From positions 5,094 through 69,093 of the forward strand of contig CAYSSY010000001.1 of NCBI GenBank assembly GCA_964434055.1: 64,000 nt of DNA, in the 5' to 3' direction. The translations under genes were made by a program, and so were the position numbers. Positions 36,439 to 46,357 of the stretch are shown piece by piece. Positions within the stretch are counted from its first letter, which is position 1; each line of letters opens with the position of its first letter. Below the pieces are notes generated by a model. The model did no database searches, was not told where the DNA came from, and saw nothing but the letters and a program-made list of their open reading frames with translations. The stretch comes from an uncultured Gammaproteobacteria bacterium (GTDB taxonomy: Bacteria; Patescibacteriota; Patescibacteriia; UBA2196; CAYSSY01).

Positions 36439-37347
36439 TTAAATACCACCACATTCTTTAGCACTAACATGGAAATGACCAACGGTATAATAGTTACCGT
36501 CATTATCTTTGGCTTTATATTCTTCATAACGAAAGTTGCCACCACAAATATTCATAACTAAATCCTTCATGGCTATTTGATCTCCATTATCAAAACCTCG
36601 ACTTCTAAAATCAACAGCATAAGATCCGTCGAGTTTTTTGAATGGCCCACCGTAATGACAAGAACCATAACTATGAGCACAGACCGCGTCAGACCAGTTA
36701 TCACGACAAGTTGCTAATCCGGCGTTATCGCTCACAGAAGTAATAACTAATGTCTTACTAGATAATCTAGTATAATTATTCTTTTTTGTATTAATACAAT
36801 TTAACAACTTATAAAGCGAAGGTGAAACATCACCGCACTGACTAGTTTTAATTGAAGTAGCGGTTGCAATACTGGCACAGTTACCGCTGACAATATCTTC
36901 TTCGGTTGGTCTGACAATTTCAATGGTTTCACATTTTGGCACCTGCCACCAACCACGAGAAACAACTAAGCCCTTATTAAGGGTCAACATATTAATAATA
37001 ATGCTAATTAAACTCCATGAAACCATAACTAAACAGACAGCTAAAAGGGTATTAAAAATTAGTTTTTTATTAGCGGCGATCGACTCTTTGTTACCCCAAT
37101 TCATAACTAAACCTATACCACCCCAGATTAATAAAACCAATGCTGCACCGGACATAAAATAAAGAATTAAACGGGCAGCTGATGAAAAAACTGATAAAAA
37201 ATCACATACTGAGCAATCTCCATTATTAACACACTGGAGAGATAGCTCATCAAAAAGACTATAAGCTCTAACTTCAGTCCTAAGCGAAAAAATAAAAATT
37301 AACAATAAGCTAAATATAAAAAATCTGACTTTTATGGTTTTTCTCAT
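36439..37347 (-). CDS. Extended Cys-rich paralog of the two-helix pilin-like family (N-terminal family core + roughly 180-aa Cys-containing C-terminal extension)
   Basis: CSVCDFLSVFSSAARLILYFMSGAALVLLIWGGIGLVMNWGNKESIAANKKLIFNTLLAV closely parallels 3619..4119. Confidence 0.5.
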   Translation of the reverse strand: MRKTIKVRFFIFSLLLIFIFSLRTEVRAYSLFDELSLQCVNNGDCSVCDFLSVFSSAARLILYFMSGAALVLLIWGGIGLVMNWGNKESIAANKKLIFNTLLAVCLVMVSWSLISIIINMLTLNKGLVVSRGWWQVPKCETIEIVRPTEEDIVSGNCASIATATSIKTSQCGDVSPSLYKLLNCINTKKNNYTRLSSKTLVITSVSDNAGLATCRDNWSDAVCAHSYGSCHYGGPFKKLDGSYAVDFRSRGFDNGDQIAMKDLVMNICGGNFRYEEYKAKDNDGNYYTVGHFHVSAKECGGI

Positions 37348-37919
37348 AAAATAATTATACTTTTATTTTAATCTTTTTTCAATAAATATTTATTAATCAA
37401 CTAAAGAAAAGAACCACCTAATCGTTATGGTGATTCTTTTCACTTATCAGGCGACATATGGATTATGCCCCTAATATAAAAGTTTAGGAACTGAAAAACA
37501 CTTACTGCCAAGTGCTAACAGTCCCCACATAGCTTAAGCAGATTGTTCTTCAGTCGGCGTTGACTGTTCCTCGGGAGTCGCAACACTTTCATCAGCTTGT
37601 GGTTCTTGAGTGATTGGTTCGTCTTGCATATTTTTTTTGTTAATTATTAAACAATTTCGCATCAGCTTAGATCTTTTATATCAGAAAAACTTTTATAAAA
37701 ATAAAAAAGCTCATAAATGACCTTTATGCAATTTAAAAATTGCACTCTTATTATAACATTAAACGATTTATTGTCAATGTGTAAAATTAAAAAAACTCGA
37801 CATTTTTTTTATTAGAGATATAATATTATAAGAAATTATTAATAACCGACGCCCAGGAAAAACGTACTGGCTAACCAAAAAATATCAATCGGTTCAATTA
37901 TCAATAAAATTCAAAAAAT

Positions 37920-38504
37920 ATGCTTGATACAGAACTACCAAAATTAAATTACAATTTTGACGCCTTAGAACCATATATTGACGCCGAAACAATGGAAATT
38001 CACTATAGCAAGCATCATAAAGCTTATCTAGAAAAATTTTTAGCGGCTTTGGATAAATATTCTGATCTTAAAAAAAATAATCCTCAAGATATAATTAAAA
38101 AATTAAACTCTTTCAGTGTTGAGGAAAAAGATCGTTTAGCAATCAAAAATTTTGGCGGTGGTTATTTAAACCATAATCTATATTGGCAAATAATGGATCC
38201 GAATAACAAGCGCGATGAACGACTGATTGATGAATTAGAAAAAAATTATGGTTCATTAAATGAGTTTAAAAAACTCTTTAATAATCTAGCTATTAGCCAT
38301 TTTGGTAGTGGTTGGACTTGGTTAGTCAGGGATGAAAAAGGTGTTTTACAAATTTATTCATTACCAAATCAAGATTCTCCTTTAACACTCGGTCATGAAC
38401 CGATTTTGACTGTCGACTTGTGGGAACATGCTTATTATCTTAAATATCAAAATCGTCGTTCAGAATATATCGAAAATTGGTGGCAGACCATAAAAATTAT
38501 TTAA
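37920..38504 (+). CDS. sodA: Fe/Mn superoxide dismutase
   Basis: LPKLNYNFDALEPYIDAETMEIHYSKHHKAY...DLWEHAYYL. Confidence 0.9.
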   Translation: MLDTELPKLNYNFDALEPYIDAETMEIHYSKHHKAYLEKFLAALDKYSDLKKNNPQDIIKKLNSFSVEEKDRLAIKNFGGGYLNHNLYWQIMDPNNKRDERLIDELEKNYGSLNEFKKLFNNLAISHFGSGWTWLVRDEKGVLQIYSLPNQDSPLTLGHEPILTVDLWEHAYYLKYQNRRSEYIENWWQTIKII

Positions 38505-38647
38505 ATTTTAACTAATATAAATAGACAAAAAAGTTTAACCCAGTAAGATAATGCTAATCACTAATTTTTTGATTATGTTAAACTACCACTTGCCAAAAAA
38601 ATAAATTTATAATAACATTAAAATCAATAATAAATATAAAGAAAAAT

Positions 38648-38911
38648 ATGCCAACTATTTCCCGTTCAGCCGCTAAACGCCTAAGACAATCAGAAAAAAG
38701 AACTATTGTTAATAATAAGGCCAAAGGCAACATTGATTTTTTAATAAAAAAGGCTTATAAAGCCATAACTGCTAAGGATAATAATCAAATTACTGAAACA
38801 GTGAAAAAAGCAGTCAAAGCCATTGATAAAGCAGTGCAAAAAAAAATCATTAAAAAAAATACAGCGGCCAGAAAAAAGAAGCAACTGTTTTTTGCACTTA
38901 AAAAAAAATAA
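38648..38911 (+). CDS. rpsT: 30S ribosomal protein S20
   Basis: MPTISRSAAKRLRQSEKRTIVNNKAKG. Confidence 0.8.
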   Translation: MPTISRSAAKRLRQSEKRTIVNNKAKGNIDFLIKKAYKAITAKDNNQITETVKKAVKAIDKAVQKKIIKKNTAARKKKQLFFALKKK

Positions 38912-38915
38912 ATAC

Positions 38916-39866
38916 TCAGTAATTGTTAAAAACGAGCAGGTCTATCAATGTTTTAAAATTCTTGCTACCGGTTTTAAGTGCTCCATCAATAGCTAATAAC
39001 TGATTGTATATTGATTTTAAATTTTCCAAATTATACTTGGTACTTTGCGACCAAGTTTTTTTAATAACATAGGGATGATAATTTAATAAGGAATTTATTT
39101 GATTGAGGTTGTGCCCAAATTCACTAAGATTCTTGATTTGTAGCATGATTCTAAACTGCCGAATAAGCATTGCCAAAAGATAACTTTCATTAATACCAGA
39201 ACTTAAATGTTTATCAATAAGTTGAAGAGCTAGGGCCTGTTTTTTCTCAGTTACGGCATCAGTTAACTGAAAAATATTTTCATTAAAACTAGCTGTTAAA
39301 ATTAGTTCGAGACTTAAATCGTTGACTTCTTTTTCCAGCCAATTATGAGCTGTCAATTTGTCAATTTCTCGATCAAGCAACCACATATCATCACCAACAA
39401 AATTTATTATTTTTTCAACCTGTTTGTTTTCAATTCTTATCTTATTTGATAAAAATTTATTTTTTACCCACTTCATCAGCTCAACATTTTTTAATTTTTT
39501 AAATTCCTCAACCTGCTTCTGACTCTTAAGATATTTGAATATTTTTGAATCTTGTTCATAATCATCGGCTTCCCAAAAAACCAAAACACAACTGTTATCT
39601 AAATTATTTCTTTTTAAAAGCTCAATTATTTCTTCCTCATTGGTTATTTTCTTTGATAATATACCCTCAATAATCACCATTCTTTTTCGAGTCAAAAAAG
39701 AATTTGTATTTAATGCTTGCCGCAAATGGTTTAAATCAATTTCATTCTTATTGAGCTCTATCAGGCTTCTTCCCGAAACATCAACTTCTTTTAAAAACTT
39801 TTCTTTTATTAACCTAAGTTTTTCGCGCGATCGAAAAGTATCAGGTCCATATAAAAAAAATATCAT
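38916..39866 (-). CDS. holA: DNA polymerase III delta subunit
   Basis: MIFFLYGPDTFRSREKLRLIKEKF... 316 aa, lying next to polA. Confidence 0.6.
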   Translation of the reverse strand: MIFFLYGPDTFRSREKLRLIKEKFLKEVDVSGRSLIELNKNEIDLNHLRQALNTNSFLTRKRMVIIEGILSKKITNEEEIIELLKRNNLDNSCVLVFWEADDYEQDSKIFKYLKSQKQVEEFKKLKNVELMKWVKNKFLSNKIRIENKQVEKIINFVGDDMWLLDREIDKLTAHNWLEKEVNDLSLELILTASFNENIFQLTDAVTEKKQALALQLIDKHLSSGINESYLLAMLIRQFRIMLQIKNLSEFGHNLNQINSLLNYHPYVIKKTWSQSTKYNLENLKSIYNQLLAIDGALKTGSKNFKTLIDLLVFNNY

Positions 39867-39903
39867 ATTATTAAAACTTATTGTTATTTATCTAACTGAA
39901 TAA

Positions 39904-42669
39904 CTATTTACACTCACCCCAATTACTACCATGACTAATACTGATTTTTATTGGCGCTGCTAATCTATAAGCTTCTCTCATTTCTCTTTCAACAATTTCT
40001 TCGACTTGACTTAAAAATTTGTCTTTAACCTCCAGCACTAATTCGTCATGAACCTGCAATAACATTCTAGCGTCATCAACTGTGAATTTCCTTCTTAACT
40101 CAGAATGAATATTAATCATGGCGATCTTTATTAAATCCGCGGCTGTACCTTGGATTGGATGGTTAATAGCCATTCGCTCCGCTTGGGCTCGTAATTGTTG
40201 GTGGTGAGTATTAATATCCGGCAAATAGCGCCGTCTCTTAAAAATTGTCTCCGCGTAACCATTCTCCCTTGTTTTACTAATTGTTTCTTCTATATAACTC
40301 TTTATGCCGGCGTAAACTTCAAAATATTTTTCAATAAAAATTTGAGCTTCTTCAAGAGTGATCCCCGCCCCTTGAGCCAGCCCTCTTGGGCCCAAACCAT
40401 ATATTACACCAAAATTAACGGCTTTGGCTTGTCGTCTCTGGTTTGGGGTTACTTTTTTAACCGGCACGTCAAAAATACGACTAGCGGTCTCAGTATGAAT
40501 ATCTCTATTCTTATAAAATGCCTCGAGCATTTCTTCGTCTTGAGCTAGTGAGGCAATTATTCTAAGTTCGATTTGTGAATAATCAGCAGCTAAGATCCAA
40601 TAACCTTTCTCGGCTATAAAAGCCTGTCTAACCTTTTTCCCTAACTCAGTCCGAATTGGAATATTTTGCAGATTTGGATCTGATGAAGATAGTCGTCCGG
40701 TTGCTGTTATTGTTTGATTAAAAGAAGTGTGTACTCGTTGGTTCTCATCGACTAAATTTGGTAACGGATCAAGATAAGTATTCTTTAGTTTTGATAACTC
40801 ACGGAAATCAATTATCAGGTCTATAATTTTGTGGCGACCCCTGAGTTTCTCTAACTGCTCAGCCGCTGTCGATATGCCTGTCTTAATACGTGATAAACCC
40901 CGGGTTGAGATTTTTAATTTTTCAAACAAAACCTCTTTAAGTTGTAGAGGTGAAGCAACATTAAATTCATAACCGGCAATTTCATAAATTTTTGATTCCA
41001 GAGACTTTATGTTCAAAAATATTTCTGAACCCATTTTATTTAAAAATTTTATATCTAATTTAATTCCGCTGTGTTCCATGTCAGCCAATACCGGTATTAA
41101 CGGCATTTCAATTTTCTCCAAAACTTCTTCAATTAATACTTCATCAAGCTTCTCTGATAATTTTAAATAAAGTTGCCAAGTGACATCAGAATCTTCACAG
41201 GAATAATTTGCTACTTTTTCTAAGTCTATTAGTGAAAGGTCAATTTCTTTAGTTTTAGTCGTGCCTGATAACTCCTCGATTGTCTGCGTCCGATAACCCA
41301 ACTCGACAAAAGCTAAATTATCTAAACTATGCTGACGTGTACCTGGATTTAGCAAATAAGAAGCAATCATTGTATCAAAATATAAACCAGCAGTGTTAAT
41401 ACCAAAAGATGACAACACTTCATAATCAAACTTCAAATTATGACCAATTTTTTTAAAACTTTTGTCTTCAAAAATTTTATTAATTCTTAAATCCTGTTTC
41501 TTAATTCTCTGAACGGGTAAATACCATGCCTCATTTTTCTTCCAACTAAAACTAATACCTAATAATTTATTCTTAAACGGATTAAGACCATCGGTTTCAG
41601 TATCAAAAGCGAAGACTTTTTGTTTTAAAAGCTCTGACAAAAAAATTTCGAATTCATCATCACTATTAATTAAATGATAGCCCGCCTTTAAAACAAATTT
41701 GTTTTTGGCTTCATTATTATGAGTGTTGTTTAATTTTTTTTGAAAAAGAGTGCCTTGTTTCTCTAACATTATCTTCTCTGCTTGCGGTATTCTAGCAATT
41801 AACGAATTAAAATTAAAATTTTGAAACAATTTAACAACTTTTGGGGTGTTGAAAGACTTAATTTGGCAATCTTGCAACCTAAAATTAATCGGCACATCTT
41901 TAACAATAAGTGACAATTTTTGTGACAAATAGGCATCTTCTTTTGATACTTCTAGTTTATTTATAACCGCATCGTTTATTAGTTTCGATTTATTTCTAAT
42001 TGAATCGTTTTTATTATCTAAATATTGATATATTTTTTCCAGACTACCAAAATTTCTGATTAAGTCCTGTGCTGTTTTTTCTCCAATACCTCTAACACCA
42101 GGAATATTATCAGATTGGTCTCCTTTAAGCGCTCTAAAATCAACAATTTTTTCAGGACCAAAGCCGTAACGCTCTTCAACTGCATCTCTATTATAAATAA
42201 CCGTCTCGGAAATTCCTTTTTTTAAAGTATAAACCTCTGTGTTGTCATTAATAAGTTGCAAAGTATCTAAATCGCCAGTAACGATAATATTCTTTACTTG
42301 TTTATCATTATTTAAATTAACTAAAGTGCCAATAAGGTCATCAGCTTCAAAACCTTCTTTTTCATAAATCTGCACCTGAAAAGCATCCAGCACTTGTTTA
42401 ACTAAGGCAATCTGATCATATAACTCTTGCGGCTGTTTAACTCTTTTTGCCTTATAAGCCGAGTATTCTTTCTTACGAAACGTATCCTTCGATACGTCAA
42501 AACAACAAGTAATATAATCCGGCTTTAAATCCTTTAAAACTTTTAAAAATATAGTAATAAAACCATAAACAGCATTAACCAACAATCCGTCTCTGTTAGT
42601 TAAAGGCGGTAAGGCATGAAAAGCTCGATGGATTAAAGCATTGGCATCAATAATAATAAATTTTTTCAT
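39904..42669 (-). CDS. polA: DNA polymerase I (5'-3' exo, 3'-5' exo-like and polymerase domains)
   Basis: MKKFIIIDANALIHRAFHALPPLTN... Polymerase motifs: RRQAKAVNFGVIYG, LLQVHDELVLE. Confidence 0.9.
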   Translation of the reverse strand: MKKFIIIDANALIHRAFHALPPLTNRDGLLVNAVYGFITIFLKVLKDLKPDYITCCFDVSKDTFRKKEYSAYKAKRVKQPQELYDQIALVKQVLDAFQVQIYEKEGFEADDLIGTLVNLNNDKQVKNIIVTGDLDTLQLINDNTEVYTLKKGISETVIYNRDAVEERYGFGPEKIVDFRALKGDQSDNIPGVRGIGEKTAQDLIRNFGSLEKIYQYLDNKNDSIRNKSKLINDAVINKLEVSKEDAYLSQKLSLIVKDVPINFRLQDCQIKSFNTPKVVKLFQNFNFNSLIARIPQAEKIMLEKQGTLFQKKLNNTHNNEAKNKFVLKAGYHLINSDDEFEIFLSELLKQKVFAFDTETDGLNPFKNKLLGISFSWKKNEAWYLPVQRIKKQDLRINKIFEDKSFKKIGHNLKFDYEVLSSFGINTAGLYFDTMIASYLLNPGTRQHSLDNLAFVELGYRTQTIEELSGTTKTKEIDLSLIDLEKVANYSCEDSDVTWQLYLKLSEKLDEVLIEEVLEKIEMPLIPVLADMEHSGIKLDIKFLNKMGSEIFLNIKSLESKIYEIAGYEFNVASPLQLKEVLFEKLKISTRGLSRIKTGISTAAEQLEKLRGRHKIIDLIIDFRELSKLKNTYLDPLPNLVDENQRVHTSFNQTITATGRLSSSDPNLQNIPIRTELGKKVRQAFIAEKGYWILAADYSQIELRIIASLAQDEEMLEAFYKNRDIHTETASRIFDVPVKKVTPNQRRQAKAVNFGVIYGLGPRGLAQGAGITLEEAQIFIEKYFEVYAGIKSYIEETISKTRENGYAETIFKRRRYLPDINTHHQQLRAQAERMAINHPIQGTAADLIKIAMINIHSELRRKFTVDDARMLLQVHDELVLEVKDKFLSQVEEIVEREMREAYRLAAPIKISISHGSNWGECK

Positions 42670-42747
42670 AACCTAATTTTAACACTTGGACACTAAAAAA
42701 CCAAGGTATTTTTACCTTGGTTCTTTAAATAAAAAATATTCAAAATC

Positions 42748-42822
42748 TGGTGACCCCGCTAGGAATCGAACCTAGATCCGAAGCTTAGAAGGCTTCTATT
42801 CTATCCTTTGAACTACGGGGCC
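42748..42822 (-). tRNA. tRNA-Arg (anticodon TCT), CCA encoded
   Basis: The reverse complement is GGCCCCG TA GTTC...GAAGC CTTCTAA GCTTC...GGTTCGATTCC...CGGGGTC ACCA. Confidence 0.8.
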
Positions 42823-43032
42823 AAATGCAAGATAATTATCAAAAATTATCTAAAAAATAGCAAATTATAATGTTACTTTACATTATTTCATTGAGACTTG
42901 CAATATTAAAGGTTTTATGATAAACTTTCTTCAGTTATCCAATCACTGCCAATTTGGCAGACTAATAAACTTAAACGATTTTCTAGGTCATACTCAAAAA
43001 GTTGCACTTGGATCATCGTTGCCTAACAATTT

Positions 43033-43401
43033 ATGCTAGACAGAAAAAAGAAAGAGAGTATAATCAAAAAATTTAAGACTCATGAAAAAGATACTGGGTC
43101 ACCGGAAGTGCAAATTGCAATTTTATCTGAGGAAATAAGAGAATTGACTGACCACTTAAAAAAACACAAACATGATTTTTCATCAAGACGAGGGTTGTTG
43201 AGAAAAATAAGTTTACGCCGTAAATTACTGCGTTACTTAAAGAAGGAAAATGAGAAGAGATACGAGGAACTAACAAAAAAATTAAAAATAAAAAAAATTG
43301 AGGAGTTGGAAGAACCATCATTAAACGACGAAGATGCTGCACCGTTAATAAAGGAGGTTGAAGAAAACACAGAAGAAATAATAGAAACAGAAAAAGAATA
43401 A
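43033..43401 (+). CDS. rpsO: 30S ribosomal protein S15 with acidic C-terminal extension
   Basis: [52 protein letters not shown]. Confidence 0.8.
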   Translation: MLDRKKKESIIKKFKTHEKDTGSPEVQIAILSEEIRELTDHLKKHKHDFSSRRGLLRKISLRRKLLRYLKKENEKRYEELTKKLKIKKIEELEEPSLNDEDAAPLIKEVEENTEEIIETEKE

Positions 43402-43418
43402 CAATTTAAAGTTTATAT

Positions 43419-43922
43419 ATGGTCAAACTCCCTGATCAAAGAATTGCTGTTTTTGTAGACGTCCAAAATCTCTATCATTCTGCTAAAAACTTATTCAATG
43501 CCAGAGTAAATTTTGCTGAAGTCTTAAAAGAAGCTGTGGCAAAAAGAAAATTAATTCGTGCGGTCGCCTATGTCATTAAATCGCCTACCCAAGAAGAACA
43601 AAAATTTCTTGAAGCCTTGGATAAACAAGGTTTTGAACTAAAAATAAAGGATCTTCAAATTTTTGCCGGTGGCGCAAAAAAAGGAGATTGGGACGTTGGT
43701 TTGGTAATTGATGCCATTAAAATGGCCCCGCAATTAGATGTTGTAATCTTGGTCAGTGGTGATGGCGACTATGTCCCGGCGGTGGAATATCTCCAGTATC
43801 ATGGCAAAAAGGTAGAAGTTATCGCATTTGGAGAGACTTCCTCAGTCAAATTAAAAGAAGTGGCTGATGACTTTATTGATCTATCGTGGGATCCAAAAAA
43901 ATTCCTATTAAAATTAAAATAA
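43419..43922 (+). CDS. NYN-domain (LabA-like) protein inserted between rpsO and pnp
   Basis: RIAVFVDVQNLYHSAKNL...VILVSGDGDYVPAVEYL, typical of NYN/LabA. Confidence 0.7.
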   Translation: MVKLPDQRIAVFVDVQNLYHSAKNLFNARVNFAEVLKEAVAKRKLIRAVAYVIKSPTQEEQKFLEALDKQGFELKIKDLQIFAGGAKKGDWDVGLVIDAIKMAPQLDVVILVSGDGDYVPAVEYLQYHGKKVEVIAFGETSSVKLKEVADDFIDLSWDPKKFLLKLK

Positions 43923-44018
43923 TTAACTAACTTGATCTTAAGTCGGTAGATAGAATAGACTAAAAATTCTCTTTCTCAATAATTATGAGAATTAGAGTCT
44001 ATGTACCTGCCGGTTTAA

Positions 44019-46280
44019 ATGATCCAAGCAATTTTAGATATTATGGAAAACAAAAAAGAAACTTTTGAAAGTGAGATCGGTGGAAAAAAATTCATTATTA
44101 CTACAGGAGAATTAGCTAGTCAGGCCAACTCTTCCTGTACTGTACAATATGGTGATACCGTGGTTTTAGCCACGGTTTGTGTTTCTCCAGTTCCAAGAGA
44201 AAACGCTGACTTTTTTCCTTTAATGGTAGACTTCGATGAAAAACTATATGCCGCTGGAAAAATTAAAGGCTCACGTTTTATTAAACGTGAAGGTCGGCCA
44301 ACTGATGAAGCTATTTTAACTGGGCGTTTAATCGACCGGGCCATAAGACCCCTTTTTCCTGAAGCTATAAAAAATGACGTACAAGTAGTCGTCACTGTCC
44401 TGTCATTTGATCAAGAAAATGATCCTGATATCCTTGGACTTAACGCTGCTTCTGTTGCCTTGGCTAAATCAAACATACCCTGGAATGGACCAATTGCTGC
44501 TGTTAGAGTTGGTCAAATTAATGGCGAGTGGGTTTTAAATCCATCTTACGAAGCACGTACTAAATCAAGTATTGATTTAGTAATTGCTGCCACAGAAAAT
44601 GAAATAGTGATGATGGAAGCAGGTGCAAATGAAGTTGAGGAAAACGTCGTTTCAATGGCAATCGAATTTGGCTTAAAACACCTAAGAAAAAATTTAACTC
44701 TTATAAAAGATGTTCAAAATAAACTCGGCCAGGAAAAATTAACATTCAACAAAATATTAACAGATGAGGAAAAAGATAACCAAGAAAAAATTAAAGTTAA
44801 AGTTAAAGATATTGCTCTAAAAGAACTTGAACTGATTTTTGGTACCAAAGAAAAGAAAATTTATGCTCAAAGAATAGAGAGCATAAAAATTAAAATTGAT
44901 GAATCCTTAAAAGCAGACAATGAAGTTTCCAAAGATGATCGTGTTTGGGGTATTAAATATTTTGATCTTCTAATAGAAGAACAAGCTCGAATTTTGACTT
45001 TAAACAAAGGCACCCGAGCCGATGGCCGTAAATATAATGAAATCAGAACAATTAATTGTCGAGCTGGAATTCTGCCACGTACACATGGTTCAGGCCTATT
45101 CACTAGAGGTGAGACTCAAGTGCTGTCTGTTGTTACTTTAGGTTCACCGTCTGACGAACAAGTTCTAGATACTATGGAAGAGTCAGGGAAAAAACATTAT
45201 ATGCATCATTACAACTTCCCTGGCTTCTCGGTTGGTGAAATCGCGCCTTTGCGTGGCCCCGGGAGACGTGAAGTTGGTCATGGTGCTCTTGCAGAACGTG
45301 CGTTACTACCGGTCTTACCTGAAAAGCTTCAATTTCCTTACACAATCCGAGTCGTCTCAGAAGTACTCTCAAGTAATGGTTCGTCATCAATGGCTTCAGT
45401 TTGTGGTTCAACGCTAGCGCTGATGGATGCAGGTGTACCAATAAAAAAGCCAGTGGCTGGTATTTCTGTTGGTATGTTTTCTAATCCTGAAAACAAAGAA
45501 GAATATCAGATTGTAACTGATATTCAAGGTGTTGAAGATCATGCTGGAGATATGGATTTTAAAGTTGCGGGAACACGTGACGGTATTACTGCGATTCAAC
45601 TCGATATCAAGCTTGATGGCATTTCTTTAAAGGTTGTCTCTGAAGCTTTAGAAAAAGCAAAAGTCGCACGCCTCCTTATTCTTGATAAAATAAAGGAAAC
45701 TATCCCGGAACCACGACCGGAACTTTCTCAATATGCACCAAGGATTTATACCTTGCAAATAAACCCTGAGAAAATTCGTAATGTCATCGGACCTGGCGGT
45801 AAAATGATAAATGAAATTATAGACGCAACTGGTGTGACAATTGATATCGATGACTCGGGTCTTGTAATCGTCACAGCTGTTAAAGAAGAAGCGGCTTCTA
45901 AAGCGCTTAATTGGATCAAAAACTTAACTCGTGAGGTTGTTATTGGTGAAATTTTTGAAGGAAAGGTCACAAAAATATTTGATTTCGGAGCAATGGTAGA
46001 AATCTTACCACACACTGAAGGTTTAATTCACGTTTCGGAAATAGCACCTTTCAGGGTTCCGGCAGTTAAAGATGTCCTAAAAACTGGGGATATTATCAAG
46101 GCTAAAGTTATTTCCATTGACGAACTGGGTAGAGTTAACCTATCATCAAAACAAACCGATTTTGACTTTTCTGAAATGCGTCAAAAAGTCTTAATGCGGG
46201 GAAATACTGAAAATAATTCTGAAAATCATCAACGTCATAACCGATACCAGCAACGAAATCCCTCGCGAAAAAATTATTAA
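44019..46280 (+). CDS. pnp: Polynucleotide phosphorylase
   Basis: 753 aa. RNase PH repeats, KH (IRNVIGPGGKMINEI) and S1 (GEIFEGKVTKIFDFGAMVEI) domains. An alternative ATG is at 44043. Confidence 0.9.
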   Translation: MIQAILDIMENKKETFESEIGGKKFIITTGELASQANSSCTVQYGDTVVLATVCVSPVPRENADFFPLMVDFDEKLYAAGKIKGSRFIKREGRPTDEAILTGRLIDRAIRPLFPEAIKNDVQVVVTVLSFDQENDPDILGLNAASVALAKSNIPWNGPIAAVRVGQINGEWVLNPSYEARTKSSIDLVIAATENEIVMMEAGANEVEENVVSMAIEFGLKHLRKNLTLIKDVQNKLGQEKLTFNKILTDEEKDNQEKIKVKVKDIALKELELIFGTKEKKIYAQRIESIKIKIDESLKADNEVSKDDRVWGIKYFDLLIEEQARILTLNKGTRADGRKYNEIRTINCRAGILPRTHGSGLFTRGETQVLSVVTLGSPSDEQVLDTMEESGKKHYMHHYNFPGFSVGEIAPLRGPGRREVGHGALAERALLPVLPEKLQFPYTIRVVSEVLSSNGSSSMASVCGSTLALMDAGVPIKKPVAGISVGMFSNPENKEEYQIVTDIQGVEDHAGDMDFKVAGTRDGITAIQLDIKLDGISLKVVSEALEKAKVARLLILDKIKETIPEPRPELSQYAPRIYTLQINPEKIRNVIGPGGKMINEIIDATGVTIDIDDSGLVIVTAVKEEAASKALNWIKNLTREVVIGEIFEGKVTKIFDFGAMVEILPHTEGLIHVSEIAPFRVPAVKDVLKTGDIIKAKVISIDELGRVNLSSKQTDFDFSEMRQKVLMRGNTENNSENHQRHNRYQQRNPSRKNY

Positions 46281-46357
46281 TTAAAAGTCGGGGTGTGAAC
46301 CCTGATTTTTTATTTGCATAATTTTGTTATAATTAATAGGTAAATCATATTAAAAAA

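Noticed and set aside
37537-37632. 31-codon acidic ORF (MQDEPITQEPQADESVATPEEQSTPTEEQSA) on the minus strand in the sodA upstream spacer
   Set aside because: It has no Shine-Dalgarno or promoter support and a GC-rich composition. It is probably chance, although a small acidic peptide cannot be fully excluded.
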